DNA from: Laetmonice hystrix | Lineage: Eukaryota | Assembly (NCBI GenBank): GCA_965235115.1 | Contig: OZ249443.1 | Span: 4,650,001 to 4,714,000, forward strand | Length of the DNA stretch: 64,000 bases | Direction of reading: 5' to 3' | Shown: piece after piece, positions 10,546 through 23,700 of the stretch | Position numbering within the stretch: the stretch's first letter is position 1 | Layout: the number at the start of each line of letters is the position of its first letter | Program-made: the position numbers and the translations under genes | Notes under the pieces: model-generated | The model's input: the letters and a program-made list of their open reading frames with translations, nothing else | Databases searched by the model: none | Told to the model about the DNA's origin: nothing

Positions 10546-13500
10546 GCCTTCCCCTCTGATTCCATCTTATTGGTTGACAAAAGAAAGATGCCGGAACCTA
10601 TTTTATATATCAATTTGTTAAGCGATATTGGAGTCCCCCATGGAATCCCTGATGTCAAGACATCCCAAGCATCCATAATTAAACTTATAAAAATATTATT
10701 GCTACAGAGAGTGCATTGATCTATACGATATTATGAATTTAAGCGTTAAGCGCGGTGTTTGCACGGCAGTAGATTGAGTTACTGATTAATTATTGCTGAC
10801 TCACTTCGTTCTACTTCCGGTGCCATGTAACATCCGACTGACTCGGACGGTGATGGCTGTTGCTAAGCAACGTCTATGCTAGCTGGCGTTCGGCACGTAG
10901 GGATATAGCTCCACCCCTCGCGAGCGGGTTCTTTCGGTAAGCGAAACTCGGCACTAAACCTGCATGGGAATCATTGAACGAGTAATCGATTTTCAGGCTG
11001 AGGTGTTCAGTGTCGTTCTCCGCCCCACTGCTGAAGGTGGCATAGGTTCCACTGTGTCCCTCCATCACCATCATTAAAGGTAGGAGTTTTATATTTACGT
11101 ATACAAGAAGCGATGCCCTGAATATATTGTCAAGGTATAGTTTCTAAATGTTCTGCACATCCAGCTTGTGGAGTTCTTTTAACTAGGGTAGAATGCCAGT
11201 TGGTCAGCGATGCGTGACGATCGAGATGGTGGTACAGTTGTGTCAGTTTGTAATAATGGTTGCACACTCTATCTCTCCTTCTGTTTCGTTTATTTATCCC
11301 TTAAAGTTGATGCCGGTTTGTTACCAAAGTGAAATGTGAAGGATGTTAGATTCTGTTCAAAGTTTCAGGATATTTTGGTATTGGCATTTTGGCCTGCATA
11401 CAGTTCTCTTTCACTGCATACATTCCGTCGGTTTATCCTAACCTGGCTTGGGGCCCGCATCATATTTCACTTTTCATACACTACTGACAGTCCGCCATAT
11501 ACCAACATCCGACTGTACTCAAAGGCTTGAGCTAACCAGCCTTAGGACTACCAGGCGTATATCTGTAGGTACACGCGTACTCTGTTATTTATGCGTCCGA
11601 TCTTCTATATACTAAGTAAGCAGGGCCTTCGCATTAAAACGACAATTTTAGCGAGCGGGAATTTTTGCAAAGCCCCCCCCCCCCCCCAGGTCAAACATTA
11701 TATTCTGGGTTATTTATCAGACGGAGGAACAAATATTACTGCTGATTTGTAAAGATACTGTGGTAGATTCTCCGAGCTTGCCTTAACCTGTAACCAAGAA
11801 TGGTCCGTTGGGATCATCACATACGTCATTATCAGGCTTTAGGCCCTGTACGGCAAAACGTACGCGTATTACAAAGTCACTGTTGAAGCGGGTTTCATCC
11901 ATTCTCTCATCCGATCTGAGATAAGATATTGTGAAATATTTTTTAAAGAATTGTAGGTGAAAATGGCGTATTATGACAGGAAAGATTTTTTGTAAACACA
12001 AATGTTGATAGATTTTTAAAATTTTCGGATTGAAAATCGTATGAATATCCGATCCACTCAAGGCCTTTAGTGGGTGCTCTTCCAAGCTGATAAATATACG
12101 GAGTGAAGTTATGAATGAAAATCATGTTTTAACTCTGTATTGAAACCTAGTTTGAACTAATCGATCTCACAGAGATGAGTCAAGTATCACCTTGCCGCCG
12201 TACCGTATAAATCCTGACCTGTGGTTGCCGGTAGTTTGATACATTGTTCCCTAATAACCGGTCTGCAGGGGCTGGCATCCCCACATCCCCAGACCCCCAC
12301 ATCCCCAGACCCCCACACCCCCAGAAATTCTTAACATTTTTCAACAAAGGCTTAATAAGCCATAATATAATATTTAGAACCCAAACTGCACGAATAACTG
12401 CCTTATATTGGCTGACATCTTGTCCAAGATCATTCTCAGGACCAAAAGTCTAGTCAAAAATTTGGAAAAGTTGGACCTTTTGGACCTTGCCAAATTTTGG
12501 GCGGGGCCTCCTTGCCCCCCCCCCCCCCCCCTCCACGGGCCTGACTCATTCCTATCCCAGCCCTGCCCTATACAGTAACCCTACCCTAAAATTAGTGGAA
12601 TTATTTCGAGGAGAGTAATCTCCTCTCGCGACCTCTCTCCTGGCGTTCAATAGAGCGTGCAGAGCAATAAATACAGAGTTACTGAAGCGTGACCATACAT
12701 TAATATTTCACAAGGACGTTCGTGAGGCTGGAGCATTCCCTAACTTCCACTCTTGGCGCACGCTCGCACGTTACGCGGAAGTCAATATCGATGGTTCGTA
12801 CAACATTTCTGCCTAGTTTCAGAAACGGAGACTAGGAAGAAAATTAGTCTGGATGCAAACACTGCAGTGTTATATCGATGGCACGGCTCTCTGAAGTAGT
12901 AAACCTAGACAATATTGGATCCTAATTCAGACACTATAGTTGTGTCAAAATACTTGACCCATTTTTATACTTTTTCTCTTGGGGGTGGGGGTGGGGGGTG
13001 TATACACGGACCTATACAAGAGTCATTGAGTGCAGCGTGACGTGATGGCACGCCCTTAATACACCAACTTTTGAAGATATCGGATTATATTAGTTTCTTT
13101 GCTTTCTCACTGTTTTCCGGAGACGGTCTTCGTCTTATTTCAAGGATATTATTATAGTCTAATGAAATAAAACATAATGAAATAATTTTATTACAGTATA
13201 TTACAAATTGAGTTTTCTAATGGGGCTGCCCAAACTTAATGCTGAGATACAGACACTGTGTGTGTTCTTTTTAAATATGGAATATTATATCTTCCATTTC
13301 TATACGATAGAGTAGAGTTCTAAAAAACATTCGCTTTTCCCATTACATTATCGAAGTACTCATACAGCCTGTTTAAACGTGGCTTATCCCTTAATGCCCA
13401 GCATTAGGACCTAGTGATTAGGGGACTATTCCACATGCAAGGTAATCATTTCTAGTTTAATCGTTCGTCTGGAAGATAAGAATCACTGAATAGGCTTTCA

Positions 13501-14000
13501 CATCCAGTCATGATACTTTCATGTTTTTCGAAAAAATAAAAAAGGTTTTTGTAATATGACCTTATATTGGATGATATGATATTACATCATATTACGTTGT
13601 CGTTTCCCAGTTGGTCTCAGCAATAGGCACACCTGGTCTCCAGCACGAGCGCCAAGTACCTGGAGCGTGCATACAATAATACCTCGATGATTTATTATTT
13701 CGGGTATTAATATTTAATGCCATGCATGCATGGATGAAAGATCATTGGTGGAGACGGAAGGTTGGAAGTAGCAGAAATCGTAACGGTGTTTTAAATAATT
13801 AAAGCAAAGAGATTGCTTTTACAAAGGTTGGCATTGAGGATGGTGACGTTGTGAGGGGAGGTCTGTGGAGTTTAAAGACACTAGCCACAGGTGAACTTTG
13901 GTACACACTCCTTGTACTCCGGTAGGCCTACATAAACAGTCGGTCTGCGTGCATACTGTAATCGCTCCATGCGCAGTCTGGTGGCGGCTCACCGAGAGAC

Positions 14001-14234
14001 GTTATTCTCCCATAGCAACACTGCCACGTTATTCTCCCATAGCAACACTGCCACGCTCCCATAGCAACACTGCCGCGTTATTCTCCCATAGCAACACTGC
14101 CATGCTCCCATAGCAACACTGCCACGTTATTCTCCCATAGCAACACTGCCACGTTATGCTCCCATAGCAACACTGCCACGTTATTCTCCCATAGCAACAC
14201 TGCCACGTTATTCTCCCATAGCAACACTGCCACG
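14001..14234. repeat. 27-bp minisatellite (about 9 copies, some truncated)
   Basis: Unit gttattctcccatagcaacactgccac. Confidence 0.93.
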
Positions 14235-14931
14235 AAATTCCATGGTAAACACTAAAAATTCACCACTCTTTCTCCCCCTAAACCCTTATCCCTGACTCCG
14301 ATCTATAGACCTCCCAGAGAAGCTCTTCATCCCCCTAAACCTTTATCCCTGACTCCGATCTATAGACCTCCTATAGAAGTTACCCCTCTCCCTGGCCCTG
14401 CCGCCGTCACTTACCGTTACCCCAAATTCTGTGGGAATGTCACTTTGCGGGAATAGTTTACGAACAGCTGCTAGATGAAGGCATTACGTTTGGGGAACAC
14501 TGCCTATCGCTTCCAGTAGTTATAGTCTGTCGATGATGGTTGAATTTTAAATTATAAATGCTTAAATAACATATAGATAAGGGCATACAGAAACTCAATC
14601 AGAACTGTTCTTTTTTTAATATTCAATTGTTCACTGTTGTATACTTGTGGAGACTATGGCATTGTCTGCCAACGTTTTATCGACCTTTTATTGTGCCAAA
14701 GTTAGATGTCGGGATGATGGCTGGGCATCCAGGCACCTCTTTGATATGGAAAACTCTCGACTGTGTAAACTAATTTAAATTGGCAAAAAAAAAAGAGCTA
14801 AGTCAGCTCAGGCTTTTCTCTCAGTCGTAAACGATAAAATTAATGCATTGCAACCCAAAGTAAAACAAATAAGATCACTGGTTATTATAGGCCTTTTACT
14901 TTCAGTTCCAATTGACCCTTTAATACCTAGA

Positions 14932-17900
14932 ATGGAAGGCCTTCTGGTATCCGTGAACCTACTGGCGGGTAAGTGTATAGATTCTAGTACTCAGGGTTAT
15001 CATGCTGTTACTAGTCTAGGAAGGCTTACACAAGGTGACAACGTCAAGATAAACTCATGCACTGTTTGGTTCTGTTTGGGTAGATATTCTTTCTAATCTG
15101 TATGCTAAAAAATGTAACGTTGCACTACCCCCCAAAAAACACAACAAAAAAGGCCGCATGGCAACGGAACTGGTGACTCCCTAATGCAATATGTGGGGGG
15201 GGGGGGGGTAATTTTTGAATAATACACCCACAGTAGACCTGGGCCCAGTTTTTCAAAAATGCTCAACTTGAGTAAACGCTTCTGATTCCAAGGATGGCTT
15301 ATGCAGACCAACTGGCCTGTTATAGTTTGCTTAAAAGTAAGCTATACTCAAGTTGAGAATTTTTGAAAAACTGGGCCATAATATATACGGAGAGCTGTAT
15401 ACTGTAATGGAATAGATCTACGACAATGATATAGGTATTTGATAAGAGAATATACAGGGTGTCCCAGAAAAAAGGTAGTCTTGGCAAAAGGGGTTAAAGT
15501 GAGGAGACCATGCATTTTAACACTTTTGGCATTCATCACTCAGTCATGCGTAGCAGCATGAGCGTCATAATGGCATCAACGGAAAGCTCATAGCTTCCAC
15601 TTTACTGTGATGAATGCCAAAAGTGTTAAAATGCATGGTCTCTTCACATTAACCCCTTTTGCCAGGATTACCTTTTTCTGGGACACCCGGTAGTAGAGAC
15701 AGCCTGTATCTTTGCTAATATTCAAGTTTCCTTCCTTCAGCAATCCTGACAGTATCCAGCCAGGTTCATCCCGACATCACCCTTACAACCTCAGTGTCTC
15801 ACATGGGACATGTCATGAAAGGCGAAACGTTTCACTTCAACTGTACAGTTAGCGCCCTGCATGACAACATGCACGTGGAGATATATAAGTCGGCTTATGA
15901 CGTCATGCCTACAGCCCACATCATGTATAAACTGGGCTCTGATTGGCCACAGATCCTCGTTCAAGATGGCCAGCTTAGCAGTGCTCTTACTGGTCTGTCG
16001 CGTTATTCTGTTCATCATATGATGTCTGCTGATGATAATACGACAACTACTACAGTTATGATCACAGGTCAGTTCACTTACACGAGTCTGAGAATACTTC
16101 TATACTTTACTCAATTATACAGAGTCACTTCCGGTTTTAAGTGGCATTGCCCTTGCCCAATAAGGATTTGTATAAGCAGTTAGGCCTAGTTAGGCGCGGA
16201 CCCAGAGGGGGGGGGGGGTCCAGGGGGTCCGGACCCCCCCCCCCCCCCTGCTCAGGACCAACTTAGGTTTTTGCGATGTTATCGGGGAAGGGCCCCAGAG
16301 TATGGCCCCCCTCCGCCAGCGGCTCGCATCTGTCGGACCCCCCCCCCCCCCTGCAAAAATTCCTGGATCCGCGCCTGTAATCACTTGCTTAAGTTAAAAT
16401 TAGACGCGTTCTCTACCTTTGGCTTTGATAAAAACTTTTATCAGATAATGTTTGTCTTTGTAAGTGCTCCGTTCTCGGTACTCCGTTGGTCCCCAACATA
16501 CAAAGCAATGATGACCCTGACTGTTGCCATGACGTTGACCCCAATAAACACACACATACACTGCTGTGAAACTCGTGATTTCTTCTATTGTTACCAAGGG
16601 ATACACACAGAAGATGGCGGTACGTGGAACGCACGTGTTGTACACAACGGCACTGACGTCATACACGCGCGTAACAACACTGCAATTCACGTATACGTGG
16701 TCGGTGAGTAGATCTAGAGGCAATTTTAGGCACACGGCCCTGCAACTATATCTGACTACATTATATAGGCATAACCCTTTCGAAAAAGTTATTAAATCTC
16801 TTTTAAAGAGCTTCTTTGTTGCGAAAAAGACTATTTTTAACATAAAACATGATGTGGGCTGCCTATTATGAGAGTGTACTTTAAACCGCTTTCAATGCAT
16901 GGCCTTAACTTTTTAAAAGCGTTTAAGACTGGTGAAAGGGCCTTTATAAAAATTCTGAGTTTTTTTCTCCCGTTAGACCTTTCCTATTTTTCGATGCAGC
17001 CCCTGTGACGACGGTGCGTATTTTCGCGCGGGCCGCCACCGGTGACCCACCCATTCCCGCGCTCGGTGACGTCATACTCTCGGACGGCGATATTTTCCCG
17101 ATGAATGCCGACATGAGGCTGAAACTCATCTGTCTCGTCGGCATTGAAGGCTTCACGCGGGCGAATGTTGCGGTGAATTTAACAGGTATCGATCATCGAT
17201 GAATACTTGGTTTAATCGCTTCATAACTCTTCAAAAAATATATGTCCCGTCATAAGGTGTGTCTTGGCTTAGATCTAGGCCTCACTGATGTCAATGCTGT
17301 TTGTTTTCTCACGTGGACTGCAGGTGCTGACATAAGCAGCATCGACCTAACTAACAACTTCATGCCGATGGACGTGCCCTCCAACCAGACGCAGCCAGGA
17401 GGTCTGGTGACCTTCACCGATGACCTTCATTACGTCTACGACAACTTCACGCCGAGCGTCATGCACCACGGTGACGTCATCACGTGTAGCGCTGCACAAG
17501 ATGGATACCCAGTCATGAGCGCCTACTTCGTCATGAACGTTCAGTGTAGGTCTCGAACGCAGGGTGGAAACTGTTAATTAGGGTCGCATTGAGTGGGGAA
17601 GGGAGCGGGGTTGGCAAAGGGGGGGTCTCTTTGGACCCCTTTTAAATTCACAGAAATATGCTTTTATACATATATGATAGACCTACGTGTCCCCTTTGCA
17701 AAATTGTAGGCTTATGGCTTGCAGATTGTCGACATGTCCTCTCATGGGACTTATGATAGAGATAAAATTTAAACACCTTAGGGCCTACAACCTAATAGAC
17801 CTAGAGGACGTAGGCCTAGCCTATAGTCTGTCCACCTATAGATCAAAACTGCTCTGGCACACTCTTATGACAAAGACGTTCTCTTATTCCTCTCACAGCT

Positions 17901-18901
17901 AAACCAATGGTGAGCTTCGATGTGACGAAGGTCGTGGCGAAGGTTGGGACGAGCTCAGTGACAGTGAGCTGCATGGTGACAGCCAACCCGGCTGTCACGG
18001 CCGCCAATGTCACGTGGTCCGCGCCCGGGACTGTGAATATGCAAAATGATACAAACTTCGTAATAAACACGGTAGGTATGTCAACAATGACAATGACGAT
18101 TCTCCCCAACGGAGAATATCGGCTCTGTGACACTCTAGGCCTACTCAGAGCCTATATTTTAACAGATTCAATATGATAAGCATTCAGTGCCATAGAGCCT
18201 ATAGATCTACCTCAATGGTGAGAAATCAACAAAAATCAGAAGAATTCGTCTCATAAGACAACCCTTTAATTACATGTAATTACCTCCACTTTTTACAGAC
18301 TCCCCCGGATGGCAAGAAAACGACATCAACGTTGACGATCAAGAACGTCAAGGAGGAATACTACGGGACATATATGTGCACGGCTATGAACAGTTTGGGA
18401 AGCACGTCGGCCGAGATCGAGGCAGTTGAGACGGGTAAGTGTGCTACTACTGGCAATGTCTCACCATGCCCTGCAGGAACGATTACTTTCCAACAATTAT
18501 TGGTCCCCCGAGGCCCTTAATATATTTATAAATGTTCCCCTAGAAGTGACCATCTTCAGGAAGGTCTATTAATTGATACTCGTTTGTTTTTTAATTGGAT
18601 ATTTGAGAAGAAACATGATCCTGATTGACTCCCTTCTGCTCTTAGTAGGCCTAGCTATAGTTTGTAGACATAGTTCAGTCACTTTATTTTTCGAGGACCA
18701 TTTCATAAAGTTCAAATGTTATTATTAAGGGCGAAAGAAAACACACGTATGGTCGGTGAAAAGATACTTAGATATTATTCTGTTTTATGTATCTTTTTTG
18801 TACTTCTAGACTCCACTGCATCTTCGGCGAACGGTTGCCAGGCAACGGCTGCGTTCGGCTTCCTGTTGAGCCTCGTTACAGCGTGGATATCGCTCCCGTA
18901 G
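14932..18901 (+). CDS. GPI-anchored three-Ig-domain cell-surface protein (IgLON/lachesin/DIP-like architecture), 425 aa, 8 coding exons
   Basis: Exons 14932-14968, 15741-16067, 16599-16703, 17000-17185, 17324-17545, 17899-18071, 18299-18434 and 18810-18901 are all GT-AG and phase-compatible (1278 nt = 426 codons). Signal peptide MEGLLVSVNLLAAILTVSS. Ig3 has VSC...VTW...LTIKNVKEEYYGTYMCTAMN. The C-terminus SSANG...AAFGFLLSLVTAWISLP* looks like a GPI signal. Confidence 0.88.
15242..15377. mobile_element. PIF/Harbinger-like MITE in intron of the Ig gene
   Basis: 33-bp TIR ggcccagtttttcaaaaat(g/t)ctcaacttgagta with one mismatch. Left flank CTG; right flank does not match. Confidence 0.8.
15455..15690. 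mobile_element. Tc1/mariner-type MITE with ~85-bp TIRs and TA TSD
   Basis: TA|cagggtgtcccagaaaaaagg...catgcattttaacacttttggcattcatcac and its reverse complement ending ...ggacacccgg|TA. Confidence 0.92.
16191..16377. mobile_element. hAT-like MITE with poly-G/poly-C subterminal tracts
   Basis: TIR (t/c)aggcgcgga(c/t)ccag; no intact TSD found. Confidence 0.65.
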
Positions 18902-18963
18902 AGCTATGACGACAGAACTGAGGCCTCATCTGTCGGGCCTGGCGAGCCCGTCAGTCACGTTAA

Positions 18964-19118
18964 AGTGGCACCCTAAATTCTGTGTTAAAATTTCAGGTTT
19001 GAGCGAGCGACAGTATTTTAAAAATGGAGTTATGGTCGGGCCTTGAGTTACCGATCGGCCCGACCGCTATTTTCTGAAGCCAGCGCTAGGAAGTATTTGA
19101 GGAATTTGGGGTGCCACT
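18964..19118. mobile_element. Kolobok-like MITE (TTAA TSD, AG...CT termini)
   Basis: TTAA|agtggcaccctaaattc ... gaatttggggtgccact|TTAA. A related fragment lies at about 58077-58150. Confidence 0.8.
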
Positions 19119-19857
19119 TTAAATTCCACCGTGAAAACATCGAGTAGGAAATAATGTGTGAGAGAGAAATATGAAAAGAATTAGGCCGGCGTACGCAGAG
19201 GCCTAGGTCTATATCCTCGCGGTTAGATGTCTACAGATCAAAGTTGGGGCCGCTCTCCTGGACATAAACCCGTGGTGAGACCGCCGATCACTGGTTCACA
19301 TAAATGTCTCAACAAAATCTAAAAAAGGGGGTCAATGCAAAGGAAAACGTCAGATATAACACTGTATACTCAGATATGGATCCGACTTTCTTGTTTGTTC
19401 GTGTGGAGATGGAAGTTTAAAGAGTAGCGTCGGCGCTGTCGGCCCTCTTCGAAGTAGGCCGACATGTACATGTATATCAGCCTATGGGCCGACCTCAGTT
19501 AACACGGCCTCCACTGAAGGGAAAAGTTAGAATTGTTTGAGGTTATAGCGGCGACAAGGGGACAAATGAACTCTAGTCCAGATCATCCTTTCGGAAGGTT
19601 TGGCACTTGTTCGGCCCTTCTGAATTATCTCAACATCCCACAGCCAAACTGCCACCGGTGGCTCCACATCCCAACGGTTCGACTCGTAGGCCTACCTCGT
19701 TCTACTACGGATCCCCACGCCTCTGTGAAATGTCTTGCTACAACTGTATCATAAACATATTAACAAGTGCCGTGTAACAAGGCTTGTTAGGCTCAGTCAC
19801 TTCCAACCAATGTTTCTCTTTGTTAATCTACAAGTTATACACGTCATGCGGGATCAG

Positions 19858-19977
19858 TGCCCAGTTCGTAAAAACCTAAGATCTTGCTTAAGCTTAAGGC
19901 TTCTGATTGGCTGGTCTAAGCAGACCAGCCAATCAGAAGCCTTAAGCTTAAGATCTTAAGTTTTTACGAACTGGCCC
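19858..19977. mobile_element. Near-perfect hairpin MITE of the GGCCCAGTT family, CAG TSD
   Basis: CAG at 19855-57 and 19978-80. Inner 31-bp perfect inverted repeat cttaagcttaaggcttctgattggctggtct with a 4-nt loop (aagc). Confidence 0.85.
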
Positions 19978-20762
19978 CAGAATTCATGTTTCCTTTGGTC
20001 TTCCCCTACTTTATACCTAGAAGTATGTGTGACAATATATTATTAATGTAGTGTAAATTCTCTTATAAGTGGTAACTGATATTCTTTATACAATGCTAGT
20101 TATATACAGTTATTGAAATCTGACGGAAAGCCCTAGTGTGCTACATTATATTATATAAATGTACGTTTATGTGAGTACATACGGTAGCGAACATCTCGAT
20201 TGTCTAACTCAGGATGATCGCAAAACGTATATAATCCCAAACAAAACTCAAATCGACAATACAACTTTCTGGTCATTAGCGGTACCGATTTTCTTCTGTG
20301 CATTACAAATAAAACAAAAAATGTTCACTGCTTAGCAATTGTGATCTTACGGAATGTTCAGCAGAATCATCTCGAAACATCGGATTCAATTAAAGGGCAG
20401 TTTGTTCAGACACAAATACTGGACATTGTCAAAGTAATTGGGTTACCCCTGATGCCCGTGCATTTCAAAAGAAAAATACAGGGGTTGCTTGGAGTAGTCG
20501 CTTAAGTTGGTCAGAATATGGTGAATACCCGCACAAAATACGTCATTTAAAAAAAGATCGCCTAATGTCCTATTTCTTATAAAACGCCTGGGACACATTG
20601 TGTTTGTATAGTTAGGTATATTAATTTTATTCCCGGTATCTTGGTGTGCAAGCACTAGTTATCACTACCTACACTAGTGATACTGCACGACGGATTAAAT
20701 ACGGCGAGTATTTAACTATAATTATATTCAACCATTGATATTCAACCTCCATTTATAACTGA

Positions 20763-23700
20763 CTATAATAAAGTAAGTTTGTTCAATGTTTTCGTTAAGT
20801 TTGGTACTTCAGCACCTCGACTTTGTACTTGTACCGCCCCCTGGAGGACTCGAAGGGCACTAACTATGGGTTTATTAAGATTGTATTCCGTTTCGCCGCA
20901 AGGTGTCTCTGCATGTCGCGGTAAAGCGAAGACGACGACATTGATTTCTTCAGGAACCTGTTGGCTATACACAGTCTGGAAGACAGCCTTGATGTCTGAG
21001 GTCACGGCAACTTTTAGTTCCGGGTCACGGCATGCCAGATTTATCATGAGAACACCTGTAAATAATAAACACATTTTTATATATAATTCTACCAAATGAT
21101 CCACTCTAAACCCCAAACAAACTCATTTCGGTTTTCCTAGTTTTACTGAAGAACAAATAAGAGCAACTCTCGGCAAATATTGAAATTATTATGAATCGTA
21201 TCTCAAACCCATAACTTTTTGGAATGATGCTTTGCATTGCGGTTGATCCACACTTACCATGTGTATGGAGAGTGTTATGGACTGATGTAAGAAAGGCTTG
21301 TTCAACAAAAGCTTTAGGAGGACAACTCATCCCAAGTGTGGGGTCGTGGCTATTCACATCTAACATAACCACATCGTATTTCGACCCTGGAAGAAATTTA
21401 CACCAATTTACATTAGGCAAAAACTTACTAAAATATATCCTTTTGTTAAAATTTCCCTTTAACCAAAGAGCTAAATTTACAACACTGGAACAAGTAGCAA
21501 CTTTCTAGCTGGCTAATGGCATTATCTGCTTTATTATCACGTATAATGCTCTCTATACAGACTCTGTCTTTTGAAAACAACACAAGTGCCATCAGTGACT
21601 CTCAGGGAAATAGAGACAGGATATTTGAGAGATATATCATTATAGGCCTAGGGCCTTGGAAGCTATCACGGGCGCCATGTTAGGATGTATAGTGCTAACT
21701 TCACAATCAGAGGCACTTTCGGGTGCAAACGCCACGGCGCCTGTCAAAAGACAGGGTCTGTCTATACCACAGTTGGGTTGCACTTATCACCTATGCCCGC
21801 CACACACTATACGATTCCCAGTCTGCGGCAAATCACACGGCCCTGCACACAGTAACTATATGACTTGAGTCATAACCCCGGCACAGTTTGAGATCCGACT
21901 GTGATAATCGGCTGTTTGGGGCCTTGCGTATAGTGTGCGGCAGGCTTTACTCTCCATCAGAGTCTGACTCTTTCAGTTAAAAAGATAACTTTATCCAACA
22001 AACATTTCCTGTGCTCTGATATCAATGCTGGTTCTAGATATCTCTAATGCTTGCTCGACTTGTTACATGCAAGCTTGATAAATGGGATACAATAAAGCGG
22101 CGTTACCATTTTTAGCAGCGTCCTCGATAAATTTCAACCCATCTGCAACATGAACCTCGAGTCGTTCATCTGGGACGAAGCCGAACCACTCTGTTGCTAT
22201 GGTTACCATCACAGGATCTATTTCAACTGCCTCTATTTTTAACTGCAGGCGTCACAGCCACAAAAAAAGACAAGAAAAAACAGGATGAATTATAGCAACT
22301 TAATAAGAAATAAAACAGCATGTCGCAAAAAAAAAATTTCATACCATTAATTTTATTACCGGTACATTAATATCCTTTGATCCTTAAAGACACCATCAGA
22401 TATATTGTACTCAAAAAAGTAAATGTCTTCAGGATTTAGTAAAACTTCTGGACCTGGTGATTCTTCTTAATACAGATACAAGAACTGTATCCATGGTAAC
22501 AATGACGTGCTAACTATAACATTTACCTTGGGATAATGTTTGTGGAGGAACACTGGTAGGCCGCCGCCACCAAGTCCTACCACCAGCACCGAGATGCCTC
22601 TCTCTGCCAAGTATTGTTGGTAATTATGTACTCAGCAAATAATGTATCAGCAAATACAAATCACATTTCTATATAAACTCTATATAATTAGTTATGAAAA
22701 GAGGCGTACTTCTGTAACATAGTCACATTATAACATGCTGCAGTGACAATTTCGTTTTATGATAAGACCAGGGTGTCAAGTGCCAATGACCCTCAAAAAA
22801 ATAGGAAAATAGGAATGTGCTGTCCCAAAAAATAAGAATAAAATAGGAATATCAAACAAAAAATATATGGAAAATAGGAATTTCTTTAAATAGTCAGTAT
22901 CGACTTAGATAAACATGTTATCTTTTTTGACTAATTTTTTGAGATTTTAAAGCTTAAGTCTTTATAAAAAAATGTCCAGCGACGAGGTGGTCTTCACTTT
23001 GGTACCATTTATTGAAATTCACGCAATTTTACGGATTATAAAAATCGACTAAAGACATGTTTAGGAATATTTTTGGGATCTGCCTAAAAAATAGGAAAAA
23101 ATAGGAAGTTTACTCCAAAAATAGGAAAAATAGGAATAATGCTGAAAAATAGGAAAAAATAGGAACTTGACACCCTGTAAGACTGGGAGATAACTATATT
23201 TCAAAATGTTGTGTACATGATGAGAACTTTGAACTTACCTATTGTTTGATGGAACTCTTGTAGAAAGGCTAAACCAGACACCATCACGGGATGGTGTTGG
23301 CAGGACAGGTAGCTTGTGTCTATGATCGGCTTGCTCCTCTTTTTACCACTCTTCCTTTTTGTAATTTCTGAATTCAAATCCAATCTACCTACTTTACTGT
23401 CTACTTTTCAGAACAATGTTTAGAAAGAATTAAAAATCAAACTTAAGGACCAGCTCTTGTGTGCCACTATGTATTATCACGAAAATCTTGAAATGTCATA
23501 GTTTGTCACAATTTAGAATAATTAAACATAGAATAAAAGTACACAGTGTACCATTATTGAGAAAGTAAAACTGAAATCAATAATGCATAAATTCTGACCA
23601 TCCTATTTTAGAAACTGTTATTTTGTTACCTTTCTTTAATCTTGCTGCTGATTGCACAACTCTTTCATTACTAAGAAAAATGAGTCGACGATACAACTGC

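Noticed and set aside
11621-12543. Possible large hAT element from cagggcc to gggcctg
   Set aside because: The termini do not match beyond a few bases and no TSD of any length is present.
19676-19686. Pol III B-box-like GGTTCGACTC (tRNA or SINE?)
   Set aside because: No A-box at suitable spacing and no cloverleaf can be folded.
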